Assembly (NCBI GenBank): GCA_963716045.1 | Contig: CAVQSS010000025.1 | Coordinates: forward strand, 102,304-166,303 | From: an uncultured delta proteobacterium | GTDB lineage: Bacteria > Desulfobacterota > RBG-13-43-22 | Length of the DNA: 64,000 nucleotides | Direction of reading: 5' to 3' | Part shown: positions 50,467 to 59,278 of the stretch, one piece after another | Layout of the letters: every line of letters begins with the position of its first letter | How positions within the stretch are numbered: the first letter of the stretch is position 1 | Program-made: the position numbers and the translations under genes | The notes under the pieces: generated by a model | Told to the model about the DNA's origin: nothing | Databases searched by the model: none | What the model saw: the letters and a program-made list of their open reading frames with translations, nothing else

Positions 50467-51882
50467 CTAGTTCTCCTTTTCCTCTTGGAGTTGCTTCAGT
50501 TTCTCCCAAAGCGCATCCACCTGTTTCCCCGTCTCTTCCAGCGACCCCTCATTGTGGATGACAAAATCCGCGTAGCCCACCTTCTCTTCAATGGGAAGCT
50601 GGGCCTGGAGCCGACCGGCCGCCTCTTCCCGGCTGATCCCGTCCCGCTCCATCAGTCGTTGGATCTGCTGCTCTTCCGGCACATAGACCACCAGGAACTT
50701 GTGAAGCAGGTACTGGAGGTTCTGCTCGATCAAGAGGGGGATATCCACCAGGATGACGGCCTGGGGGTTGCCGGAGACGATCTCGTTCAGTTCCTGAATA
50801 AACTCCCCGAGAATTCGGGGATGGGTGAAGCCCTCGAGCTTCTTCCGCTTCTCCAGGTCCCGGAAGACGATCTCCGACAGCTTTTTCCGATCCAGGTTTC
50901 GGTCCTCCTGGAGGACCTGTTCCCCGAAATAGGCCACAATATCCTTCCAGGCCGGTTTGTCGGGTTCCACCACCGTTCTGGCCAAAAGATCGAAGTCGAT
51001 CACCGAGGCCCCCTTGGCCCGGAGCATATTGACCACCGTGGTCTTTCCGGTGGCGATTCCACCGGTTACACCCAGGAGGAATCGGCCATCCCGGCCCCGG
51101 ATCGCTTCCAGTTGCCCCAGGTTATTATAGGACCCGGGAAAAGCCCGGGTAAGGTCCTGTTCCGCCCCGGCAAAGGAGATGGGATAGCGGATGCCCCTCC
51201 GATAGAGGGTCTCCAGCCCTCTTAAGGCCTTTTCCACATCTCCCGGCGACAAGGCCATCACCAGGTCTTCGTCCTGGGCGTGCCCGTAGCGCCGCTCCCC
51301 GTAGCAGGGGATGGTCAGCGAGGGTTTTCCCGTCAGGTAACAGCGGGCGATGGCGTCCGAACAGGAGGACTCCCCCACGCAGTGGAATTGCATGACCTCG
51401 TAATTTTCGAACTGGAGGGCATTGATCAGGAGCATCATCTGGGCCGGATTGGCGTAGATTAGAACGATGTCGGGCTCGAAAGGTTTGTAGACCAGGGGGG
51501 CCAGGACCACGGCCTGGTATTTCCCCAGAGGCAGGCGGGGGATGGCGGCCTCAACCTTTTGGGCGTCCTCCCGGGTTTTGACCCAGACAATGCTGCGGAA
51601 GGTCCCGTCCCGGTTTATTTCCGGGACCTCCGTCAGGCCCAGGATGGAGGGGCAGGTAGGGGAGAGAAAATCGTCCCCCTCGGCGCCCACCGTCCAGTCA
51701 AAATTCCGGGCCAGGGTGATCAACTGGCAGAGGGTGACTTTTTTTTCCAAGCGGCGGATGAAAGGAATGGTACTCAGATCTTCTTTGTTCTCCAGCATCT
51801 TGAAGGCCACCGGAAAAGATTTCAGCCGCAGCAACTGCTCCATCCGGCGAACGATCTTTTCCCAGTCCCGGGGCGCGTTCAT
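50467..51882 (-). CDS. Fusion protein: N-terminal DUF169-like domain (tentative) + C-terminal dephospho-CoA kinase (CoaE)
   Basis: C-terminal 200 aa: LLGVTGGIATGKTTV...ILVDIPLLIEQNL...FVIHNEG (CoaE P-loop and motifs). N-terminal ~270 aa is an unrelated conserved domain. Confidence 0.7.
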   Translation of the reverse strand: MNAPRDWEKIVRRMEQLLRLKSFPVAFKMLENKEDLSTIPFIRRLEKKVTLCQLITLARNFDWTVGAEGDDFLSPTCPSILGLTEVPEINRDGTFRSIVWVKTREDAQKVEAAIPRLPLGKYQAVVLAPLVYKPFEPDIVLIYANPAQMMLLINALQFENYEVMQFHCVGESSCSDAIARCYLTGKPSLTIPCYGERRYGHAQDEDLVMALSPGDVEKALRGLETLYRRGIRYPISFAGAEQDLTRAFPGSYNNLGQLEAIRGRDGRFLLGVTGGIATGKTTVVNMLRAKGASVIDFDLLARTVVEPDKPAWKDIVAYFGEQVLQEDRNLDRKKLSEIVFRDLEKRKKLEGFTHPRILGEFIQELNEIVSGNPQAVILVDIPLLIEQNLQYLLHKFLVVYVPEEQQIQRLMERDGISREEAAGRLQAQLPIEEKVGYADFVIHNEGSLEETGKQVDALWEKLKQLQEEKEN

Positions 51883-52307
51883 TTCGATTTCATCTCGCGT
51901 ATTTTATCGAGGAAATCTCTGGCGATTTTAAATACTCTGTTCACATCCTCTAAAGCTTCCCCGAGGTCTTCCGTCGTGAAAACCTGAAACGGGGTCCCCC
52001 CTGGAAGTCCGTTGGGGTATCTGGTCGGAATATAATAACGGTCCAGTCGGCGGGCCTCATTTTGAATTATCTGGAATTGAGGATCTTTTTCAGACAATTC
52101 GGCCACCAATTCCACCAGGGAATGGCCGATCACCTGTTTTCTCCCGGAGGCATAAAGACAGGCTTTTAATATTTTTTCCCCGGCCTGTTGGGAAATGAAG
52201 CAACCCTTATCAAAAAAGGTCTTTTCCTCCACAAGCCATTCCACAAATCTTAAATCGTCTTCGGCCTGGGATGACCACCGAAGCGCTTCTTTAAGCGGCT
52301 GCATCAT
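51879..52307 (-). CDS. HEPN-domain protein
   Basis: R-x5-H motif (GRKQVIGH); HEPN helical pattern; overlaps the MNT gene. Confidence 0.65.
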   Translation of the reverse strand: MMQPLKEALRWSSQAEDDLRFVEWLVEEKTFFDKGCFISQQAGEKILKACLYASGRKQVIGHSLVELVAELSEKDPQFQIIQNEARRLDRYYIPTRYPNGLPGGTPFQVFTTEDLGEALEDVNRVFKIARDFLDKIREMKSK

Positions 52308-52560
52308 AAAGCAGGACCCCCTGTTGAACCGCGTCTATAACAAAATGGTTTTCCAGCATCAGGCGATCGAATTCCTCCGGCGTGTAGGCCAGGATGTCCA
52401 CCGCTTTAGGCAAATCCCAATGTTCGTATAATTCCTTCAGCCGGTCCAGAAAACGCTTGGGAGTATCATAAACGATAATCAGATCCAGATCCCCGGCTTC
52501 CCGATCCGGCAATCGGCAGGCAGACCCGAACAAAATAATTTTCCTGGGGGAAAAAAACAT
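52291..52560 (-). CDS. Minimal nucleotidyltransferase (MNT), partner of HEPN
   Basis: ILFGSACRLPDREAGDLDLIIVYD (GS...D.D NTase motif). Confidence 0.65.
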   Translation of the reverse strand: MFFSPRKIILFGSACRLPDREAGDLDLIIVYDTPKRFLDRLKELYEHWDLPKAVDILAYTPEEFDRLMLENHFVIDAVQQGVLLYDAAA

Positions 52561-52633
52561 TAAATGCGGATAGAATCCGGCCTTTTATTTCATCCGTTAT
52601 CATATTCTATTATCTTAGCACGCTGATAGTGGA

Positions 52634-53770
52634 TTAGCAAACAACCCTTTCCTGCTCCCGAAAGACCAAAGGGGAAAACCGGCCATTTTTTAAGGCCTCG
52701 ACCAGATCTCGCTCATTTCGAATCGGGTCGGAAAAAAGGGTGGCGTACCGGCCCACCTCCCCGGCCTTATGGGCGTCGCTCCCGCCGGTCAGCGGCAGTC
52801 CGAGGCCTTCCGCCACCTGGGCGGCAAAGCGGTTTTCTTTCTCGGAAACCCGGCTGTTCAGGACCTCCACGGCGTCCACCCCCCGGAAGACCGGCCGCTC
52901 CCGGGCCTTTTCCGGCGTCAGGCCGAGGTACCCGATCCCGAAGGTCAAAAAACCCCGGAAGGGATGGGCCGCGATCATAAAGGCGCCCGCCTTCAGGACC
53001 TTTTCCCGGAGATCCTCCAGTTTGATCACCCCCTGAATGTCCTCTTCCAGACCCAGGACCAGGATATCTCCCTGGTCCGTGGTGATTTCATTTCCCCGCA
53101 GGATAAGGAAGCCGTGCTTTTGTCGGAGGCCTTCCACCTCCGCCGCATCCCAGAGATGATTGTGATCGGTCAGGCAGATTCCATCCAGGCCGATGGCCCG
53201 GGCTTCCTCAATGAGCCGCTCCACCGGATTGGAACTGCAAGGAGAGGCCGGGGAGGAATGGACATGAAGGTCGATGACCATCCCTCCGGCAGTTTCCCTG
53301 TCGGGGTCCCCCCCTTTTTCCTGAATGGAAACGGAGGGCGGGGGCCCGGGAGCTTCCGGCCGGTCGGCCTTCCCGAAATAGTCCTCGATCTCGATCTTGG
53401 GCCCTTGGGCCTCCAAGTCGGTGCCCCGGATGAGCCGGGCGGCATCCCGGGCCGCTTCGCCGCACTCCAGGAGCAAATCCGCAAAATGCCGGCAGGATTT
53501 CCGGCCCACGATCTTCTGAACCTTCTGGGTAAAATTCTGATCGATCCGGAATCCCAACGCCTCCTGAAGGAAAGGGATGGCCCGGGGACATTCCGCATTC
53601 TCCATCCGGTTCCAGCGTCCCTGGATGGACAGGACCTCCAGGCCGGGGAGGCTCAGGTCCAGATCAATCTCCAGGCCGTAAATATCGTCTTCCAATACCC
53701 CGTGGACCGACAGTCGGTCTTCACCTTTCCGGTAGACGCTGGTCAGTTTGTTTCGAGCGAACTTCAGCAT
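52634..53770 (-). CDS. DUF2889-like N-terminal domain (tentative) fused to a PHP-family metal-dependent phosphoesterase
   Basis: PHP motifs VIDLHVHSSPASPCS ... ICLTDHN ... AAHPF. The N-terminal 150 aa is paralogous to the next gene. Confidence 0.65.
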   Translation of the reverse strand: MLKFARNKLTSVYRKGEDRLSVHGVLEDDIYGLEIDLDLSLPGLEVLSIQGRWNRMENAECPRAIPFLQEALGFRIDQNFTQKVQKIVGRKSCRHFADLLLECGEAARDAARLIRGTDLEAQGPKIEIEDYFGKADRPEAPGPPPSVSIQEKGGDPDRETAGGMVIDLHVHSSPASPCSSNPVERLIEEARAIGLDGICLTDHNHLWDAAEVEGLRQKHGFLILRGNEITTDQGDILVLGLEEDIQGVIKLEDLREKVLKAGAFMIAAHPFRGFLTFGIGYLGLTPEKARERPVFRGVDAVEVLNSRVSEKENRFAAQVAEGLGLPLTGGSDAHKAGEVGRYATLFSDPIRNERDLVEALKNGRFSPLVFREQERVVC

Positions 53771-53806
53771 TCTGAGAGTCTCTTTATTGGGATTATGGCT
53801 AGATTC

Positions 53807-53892
53807 TCGTCATCCCCGAAGGCCTTTATCGGGGATCCAATGTTTCTTAAAGAAATCCTGGATTCCCGCCCAGAAGCGCTGCGGGAATGACG
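53807..53892 (-). repeat. REP-like double-hairpin element (family A), reverse orientation
   Basis: cgtcatccccgaaggcctttatcggggatcc...ggattcccgcccagaagcgctgcgggaatgacg. Confidence 0.8.
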
Positions 53893-53894
53893 CT

Positions 53895-54395
53895 TTAGTT
53901 TTTTTCAAGTACCAGGTCCGCCATCAGCGGACTGTCCGCGGAAAGGGCCGCGCAACTGTTATAAAGCCTGGGATTAGCCCGGACCATCTCGGCAAAAAAA
54001 TCTTTCTCTCCGGACCGGTCTTTAGGGGCCAGCGCCAGGACGTCCCTGGTAAAGGACAAGATGACGCCGCCGCAGCATTCCTCCACCAGCAGGGCTAACG
54101 TTTCCATCAAAGGACCCTTGGCGATAAGCCCCCGGAGGATCTTCTTGATCCCCGGACCGACCCGGGCGCCGAGCACTTGCCGAAGGTCCTGGTCGATGTC
54201 CGTCCGGTCCCCTTCACCGGACCGTCTGATTTGCCCCCTCACGCCGACAATTTCCAGGTCAGGAGACTTAACCAGGATCATTGCCCAGGCCTCCATCAGC
54301 GTGTCCTGGACCCGGCAGGTGGATCGGGTCGTCTGATCATCCACCCTTTCCACGGTGGTGCAACGATTTCTGGTAAAACAAAGGATGTCCGCCAT
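53895..54395 (-). CDS. Hypothetical protein (DUF2889-like, tentative)
   Basis: 166 aa; Cys pattern C..C....C...ECCGG; paralogous to the N-terminus of 52634..53770. Confidence 0.5.
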   Translation of the reverse strand: MADILCFTRNRCTTVERVDDQTTRSTCRVQDTLMEAWAMILVKSPDLEIVGVRGQIRRSGEGDRTDIDQDLRQVLGARVGPGIKKILRGLIAKGPLMETLALLVEECCGGVILSFTRDVLALAPKDRSGEKDFFAEMVRANPRLYNSCAALSADSPLMADLVLEKN

Positions 54396-54489
54396 AAATT
54401 ATATTGCCCCCCGATATTAGAATCAGGTAAATATACACCTTCCAAATTGAATGTTATAATAAAAAAGTATCTACACCCAGGAGAAATTC

Positions 54490-54768
54490 ATGGACTTTAA
54501 AACGCTGTTCACTACCTTTGGGATGATCTTTCTGGCTGAGTTGGGGGACAAGACCCAGTTGGCCACTTTTGCCTTTTCAGCCAACAGTTCGTCCCGGCTG
54601 GCCGTCTTTTTAGGGTCGGCCGGGGCACTGGTACTTACCTCTCTGCTGGGGGTGCTCCTGGGAGGGGTTGTCCACAAGCTGATACCGCCCCAAATGATCA
54701 AAATCGGGGCGGGGGTGCTTTTTATGGTGATGGGGGTTTGGATGACTTTTTTCTCCGGCGGAAAATAG
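54490..54768 (+). CDS. UPF0016 (GDT1/TMEM165) family membrane protein, single-repeat form
   Basis: E-x-G-D-K-T motif (FLAELGDKTQLAT). Confidence 0.75.
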   Translation: MDFKTLFTTFGMIFLAELGDKTQLATFAFSANSSSRLAVFLGSAGALVLTSLLGVLLGGVVHKLIPPQMIKIGAGVLFMVMGVWMTFFSGGK

Positions 54769-54813
54769 CCGGTTTAATTCAAACTTGATAACCTCGCCAA
54801 AGATCCCTCATCG

Positions 54814-55242
54814 TTAGAAAATGGAATATAAGAACCGGTAGCCGGCCTCGATGGTCTTGGCTTCGATGGCCCGCCGGATCAGGCCGAAGTCGAACCGGTA
54901 TTCATATTTCCGCCCGAACAAGTTGGACTGTTCCTCCAGAGTCCCTTCTCGCGGGCCCGAACCGGTGCGGTAAGTTTCGGTCTTGAACCCAAAGCCGGGG
55001 CCGAGATCATCGGCCGCCCCGCCGGCGGAAAGTCCGAATCCGCTTTCTTTCAGCCTTTCGGAGAAGCGAAGCTCATTCCGTTCCCGATCCAGGTGAATTT
55101 TCGCCTGATAGACCAACTTCTTTTTCGACAGAAAGCTTTTTCTCTCCGCCACCACCCATTCCAACATAAAGCCCTGCTTCTCTTCCTTCAGTTCGGCCGG
55201 AATTCCCTCGGCTATTTTTCTGATTTCTTCAGTGAGGTCCAT
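54814..55242 (-). CDS. Hypothetical protein
   Basis: 142-aa ORF with good coding bias and no recognised domain. Confidence 0.45.
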   Translation of the reverse strand: MDLTEEIRKIAEGIPAELKEEKQGFMLEWVVAERKSFLSKKKLVYQAKIHLDRERNELRFSERLKESGFGLSAGGAADDLGPGFGFKTETYRTGSGPREGTLEEQSNLFGRKYEYRFDFGLIRRAIEAKTIEAGYRFLYSIF

Positions 55243-56168
55243 ATTTCTATCTCATTGGACACGGCCTTGAGCGGCATCTGCTCAAAAGGCCGTTGGCAAA
55301 AGTTAAGACGAATCCGGTAGCGGCCCTCCGGAATTTCCGGGGGGAGGTCCATATATAGAAAACGGGTTGTCCTCCGCTCCTGGATAAAGATACAATCTTG
55401 GTTGCCGCTGTTTTGGAGTTTCAGACCGGCGACGAAATATTCCCCCTCCCGATCCCCTACCAGTGCCCCCGACCGGTTGATCCCGAACCCCAGGTCACTC
55501 AATGAGGCCAAAATGAGCCGTACTTTTTGTCCGGGCCGGTAGCGATCGAATTCCGTGGAGAGGGTCAGGCGCCGGTTATAGTCGCTCTCTCCGGTGCCCA
55601 CTCCGGAAGTGGCCTTCTCCCAGAACCGGGGCCGGCCGGCGTCCAGGTGAATGATCTCTCCGCCGTAATGGCCGACACCGCAGCAGTTCTTCTGCCGGAT
55701 GAGTTCCCAGAGGTCCCGGCCTTTCACCCCCTCAAGGGAGAAATCCAGGGCCATCCCGTCTATATGCAGACTGGTCTTGGCCACGGTCAGGCCTGATTTC
55801 TTTAGCTTGCTGTTGTATTCGGGATTCCGGAACCCGGAATGCAGATGAATTACTTTCCCCGGGGCCGCCAGATCCGAGAAGTAATCGAGCATAAAGAGTA
55901 ACCGGAGCGAAATATGCTCCCCCGGATCCTTCGTGGAAAGGCCGAAGACCGTGTCGACCTGGCCTAAGGCCGAATCGTTTAAGGACCCGTCGGCCTGGAG
56001 CAGATTAACCCTGGCCTCCAGGTTATTCTGGGCATTCCGAATATGCACCCAACCGTCGCCCATAAGGAAAAAGGGGGCCATCGGCTCCTGGGCCGAGAGA
56101 TAAGGGGCGGTGGCCAGCAGCCCCACCAGGGTGAATAGTATTCCGGCAAAGGAATAAAACCACTTCAT
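55212..56168 (-). CDS. Secreted peptidase M15A / DUF882-family protein
   Basis: Signal peptide; HLHSGFRNPEYN ... HIDGMALDF ... HYGGEIIHLD. Confidence 0.65.
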   Translation of the reverse strand: MKWFYSFAGILFTLVGLLATAPYLSAQEPMAPFFLMGDGWVHIRNAQNNLEARVNLLQADGSLNDSALGQVDTVFGLSTKDPGEHISLRLLFMLDYFSDLAAPGKVIHLHSGFRNPEYNSKLKKSGLTVAKTSLHIDGMALDFSLEGVKGRDLWELIRQKNCCGVGHYGGEIIHLDAGRPRFWEKATSGVGTGESDYNRRLTLSTEFDRYRPGQKVRLILASLSDLGFGINRSGALVGDREGEYFVAGLKLQNSGNQDCIFIQERRTTRFLYMDLPPEIPEGRYRIRLNFCQRPFEQMPLKAVSNEIEIWTSLKKSEK

Positions 56169-56406
56169 AGGTAAGATATATTTCTTTTGCCCCCTTTTGT
56201 AAAGGTCCTTATAATGAATGGGTCGCGGATATTTTCATTGGGCAGATGGTGGGGGGCTTCGCCGACGAAACCATCCTGACGGGAGGGGCGATCGACTTAG
56301 CCAAGCTGAAACCGCTGCTTTTTGACCTGAGCACCCGAAAATACTGGGGGATCGGCCCATTGCTTGCCAACTGCTCGCAGGGGGGAAAAGAGCTCAAAAA
56401 GAAGAA

Positions 56407-57297
56407 ATGACTCCTCGAAAAAAAAAGCTCCTGTTCGGCCTGCTCTTTTTTTTGCTGTTGGGCGCAGCAATCGCGGCCTATTTTTTCTCTTTCCAGCCCC
56501 GCCGACCGGTCGAGGAGGCATCGGTCAGGGTGATTCAGATTCATCCCGAAGGAGACGGGAGAGGGTCCCTGCCTCAGGAAGCGGTAATGGTCGATCACTT
56601 ATCGGGGCGGGCGGCCATTATCCGGCTGAACTATTTGCGGGCGGAACGCCTGGAGGTGCTTCCGGAAAAGATGGGGGATCGAATTCACTTCCAATTCCGT
56701 GAGCTGGGGACGGATGAATATGCCGTCCTGAATCCTCAACAGATTAGGCCGGGAACGGGTTTGAATCCCATTGCCGGAATAGGGGATGAGGCCTTAATCC
56801 GGTTGACGGTAGAGGCCGGGATCGAAGCGATTAAAGAAAAAAATTATCAAGAGACCCTTCGATTCCTCTCGCCCCATTATTCCGACCACTGGGGGTTCAA
56901 TGCCCGGTTGATGAAGCAGGTTATCCAGCGGGCCTTTAAAGAATTTGACCAGCCTCGGATCGAACTGGACGGCCCGCCGGTCATCCGGATTCAGGATAAA
57001 CAGGCGCTGGTATCCGCCATGATCCGCTTAACGGCCATTTATCAGGCGCGCCGCAATTACTTGTTGGGGAATTCTGCTCATCCGAACCGCCTTTGGCTCC
57101 AGATGAAAAAAACGGACTCCGGGTGGAAATTGGAAAACGTCAAAGGATTGCGGCCTCTTGGATTTGAGGAGAACTTTTTCAAGCTGTTGGGGGCGGAAAT
57201 CGGTCTGTCACTAACTGAAAAGGAAAAGGCCGCGCGTCAACAGGCCTGCATGCCCTGCCGGGAACGAATGGCCGAAAGATTCGGCCCTTATCAATAA
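56407..57297 (+). CDS. Hypothetical membrane-anchored protein
   Basis: N-terminal TM segment LLFGLLFFLLLGAAIAAYFF; 296 aa. Confidence 0.5.
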   Translation: MTPRKKKLLFGLLFFLLLGAAIAAYFFSFQPRRPVEEASVRVIQIHPEGDGRGSLPQEAVMVDHLSGRAAIIRLNYLRAERLEVLPEKMGDRIHFQFRELGTDEYAVLNPQQIRPGTGLNPIAGIGDEALIRLTVEAGIEAIKEKNYQETLRFLSPHYSDHWGFNARLMKQVIQRAFKEFDQPRIELDGPPVIRIQDKQALVSAMIRLTAIYQARRNYLLGNSAHPNRLWLQMKKTDSGWKLENVKGLRPLGFEENFFKLLGAEIGLSLTEKEKAARQQACMPCRERMAERFGPYQ

Positions 57298-57430
57298 CGT
57301 TTTTGAAGTTGACACCTTGATTTTTCCACGTAAGATTGAAAAACGATTTTTTGCCGGATTATTTTTTGGATGGGACCAAGTCACCTGCTTGCCGATAACC
57401 AACCAACGAAATCAAGATGGAGATAAATTG

Positions 57431-58258
57431 GTGAAGTTGACGTTTATCGGGCTTTTGACGGCCTTGGTAATTCTTCCCGGATCGGTTTTTGGGGCCGAGA
57501 GCTACAGCGTCCAGGTCGGGATTTATCAAAGACTGAATAATGCCGAGAAACAATGCCGGGCCATACGAAGGATGATCGGTCCGACCCAGCTTGAAGCCCT
57601 GCGGATTGAAAAAAAAGGCTCGCACTATGCCGTCCGGATCGGACAATTCGACCAGGAAAAACCGGCCCGTCAACTGCTCTCCCGGATAAATAAGTCCTTC
57701 CCCCAGGCTTTCCTCTGGAAGGGCCAGTATGATAAAGCTCAAATAGTCCGGCGGTACGGACCAACCCCCTCCCGGGAGAAGAAAGAACCCGAATTCGCCT
57801 CCAGCCCGTCCCGTCCCACCTACCCCTCAGGACCGGGAGAAACCGGACAAGAAACGCCGGTCGCTGTTCCAGGAAAACCTCCGGAGGCGGAACGATCGCT
57901 GAAGGGCAGAGATTCTCTCCCGAGGGAAAAAAATAACCTGCCCGAAAGTTCCTTGGAAATCCGCCGAGCGATGATTTGGGGGACTGTCCTGGAAAGCAGT
58001 CCACTGCCCGGGAACCCCCTGGGCCTGGTCCCCGAAAAAGAGATCACCCGGGTGATGGTCCGAGTTGAGAAATCCGAAGCGGTGAAGGGCTATCCCAATT
58101 TTTTGCGGGATAAAGAAATGGAGGAATTGACCCTTTATTCGGAGGTTCGCCAGCCATTTTTCATTCCCGCCCAAAAGATCAGGGCTCTGGTGGAATACCA
58201 AGGAGATAAGTACAAACGCTTTTTCTGGATCAAACAGGCGGAACCGGTAAACCCATAG
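57431..58258 (+). CDS. SPOR-domain protein
   Basis: GTG 57431; signal peptide; SYSVQVGIYQRLNNAEKQ...YAVRIGQFDQEKPARQLLSRI (SPOR). Confidence 0.6.
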   Translation: MKLTFIGLLTALVILPGSVFGAESYSVQVGIYQRLNNAEKQCRAIRRMIGPTQLEALRIEKKGSHYAVRIGQFDQEKPARQLLSRINKSFPQAFLWKGQYDKAQIVRRYGPTPSREKKEPEFASSPSRPTYPSGPGETGQETPVAVPGKPPEAERSLKGRDSLPREKNNLPESSLEIRRAMIWGTVLESSPLPGNPLGLVPEKEITRVMVRVEKSEAVKGYPNFLRDKEMEELTLYSEVRQPFFIPAQKIRALVEYQGDKYKRFFWIKQAEPVNP

Positions 58259-58260
58259 GG

Positions 58261-58590
58261 GTGCGAGGTTATCAAACCAGGATGCCACAAAATACCCCCC
58301 CTTACGCGGTCCAGGCCGGAAAGACCCTGCTGTTTTTTCTGATCTGCCTGATGGGCCATAGTTTGGGCGCCGAGATGGCCTACCGAATGGCTTTGAAAGA
58401 TCCGGAGGTGAAAGCCTTGGCCTTTTCAGGCTTTGCTTACACCCTGGAGGCCACTTCGGACAACCCCAAAAATATGCTGGTGATTATCGGTCAATACGAC
58501 GAATTCCGCCGGCGGATGACCGGTGTCCGAAACATTGAAAAAGAATGGATGTTTGCCTCCTCCCAGGTGGTCGCCCCCCTGCCGATTTAA
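58261..58590 (+). pseudogene. Alpha/beta-hydrolase fragment (nucleophile elbow GHSLGAE only)
   Basis: 109 aa; lacks the N-terminal strand region and the C-terminal Asp/His of the catalytic triad. Confidence 0.35.
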
Positions 58591-58680
58591 AGAACCCCAC
58601 TTCTTCTGCAGCCCCGATAGGGGGGATAACGGATTAAAGCCTTCTTGACTTATTCAAGGTCTTTGATAAAATCATTCCCC

Positions 58681-58869
58681 ATGATTGAGAAAGTGATCGC
58701 CAAATACACCCTGACAGATCCGTCCCTCGCTCAAAAGGATCGGGCTTATTGGTTAAGCCGGCCATCCGAGGAACGGGTTGCAGCCGTGGATTTTTTGAGA
58801 AGGCAATGGCATGGAAGTTCAAGCCGACTTCAGAGATCTGCTCGCGTTACTCAACAAACATCAGGTTGA
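58681..58869 (+). CDS. Small hypothetical protein (possible antitoxin-like partner)
   Basis: ATG 58681: MIEKVIAKYTLTDPSLAQKDRAYWLSRPSEERVAAVDFLRRQ; overlaps the next gene. Confidence 0.3.
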   Translation: MIEKVIAKYTLTDPSLAQKDRAYWLSRPSEERVAAVDFLRRQWHGSSSRLQRSARVTQQTSG

Positions 58870-59257
58870 TTATGTCGTTGTTGGGGGATATGCGCTGGCT
58901 TATCTTGGCGCTCCCCGATACACCGGTGATTTGGATATCCTGATCCGCCCCGATCCAGCCAATAGCAGACGCGTTTTGACTGCCCTGGAAGAATTCGGTT
59001 TCGGGGCTATCGGGTTGACCCGGTCCGATTTTGAAAAACCGGGCCAGGTAATTCAACTCGGTCATCCACCGGTCCGGGTGGACCTGGTCACTTCCCTCAC
59101 CGGTGTCTCCTGGAGTGAGGCCGCTGCAGGTCGCCAGCCCGGGAAATACTGGGATATCCCGGTGCACTTCCTTGGAAGAAAAGAATTCCTATCCAACAAG
59201 CGGGCCATGGCCCGAAAAAAGGACTTGGCGGATCTGGAAGCTTTGGGTGAAGAATGA
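58811..59257 (+). CDS. Nucleotidyltransferase-fold protein (DUF6036/AbiEii-like, tentative)
   Basis: VDYVVVGGYALAYLGAPRYTGDLDILIRP. Confidence 0.45.
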   Translation: MEVQADFRDLLALLNKHQVDYVVVGGYALAYLGAPRYTGDLDILIRPDPANSRRVLTALEEFGFGAIGLTRSDFEKPGQVIQLGHPPVRVDLVTSLTGVSWSEAAAGRQPGKYWDIPVHFLGRKEFLSNKRAMARKKDLADLEALGEE

Positions 59258-59278
59258 CACCCTCTGCGGATCAAGGGA

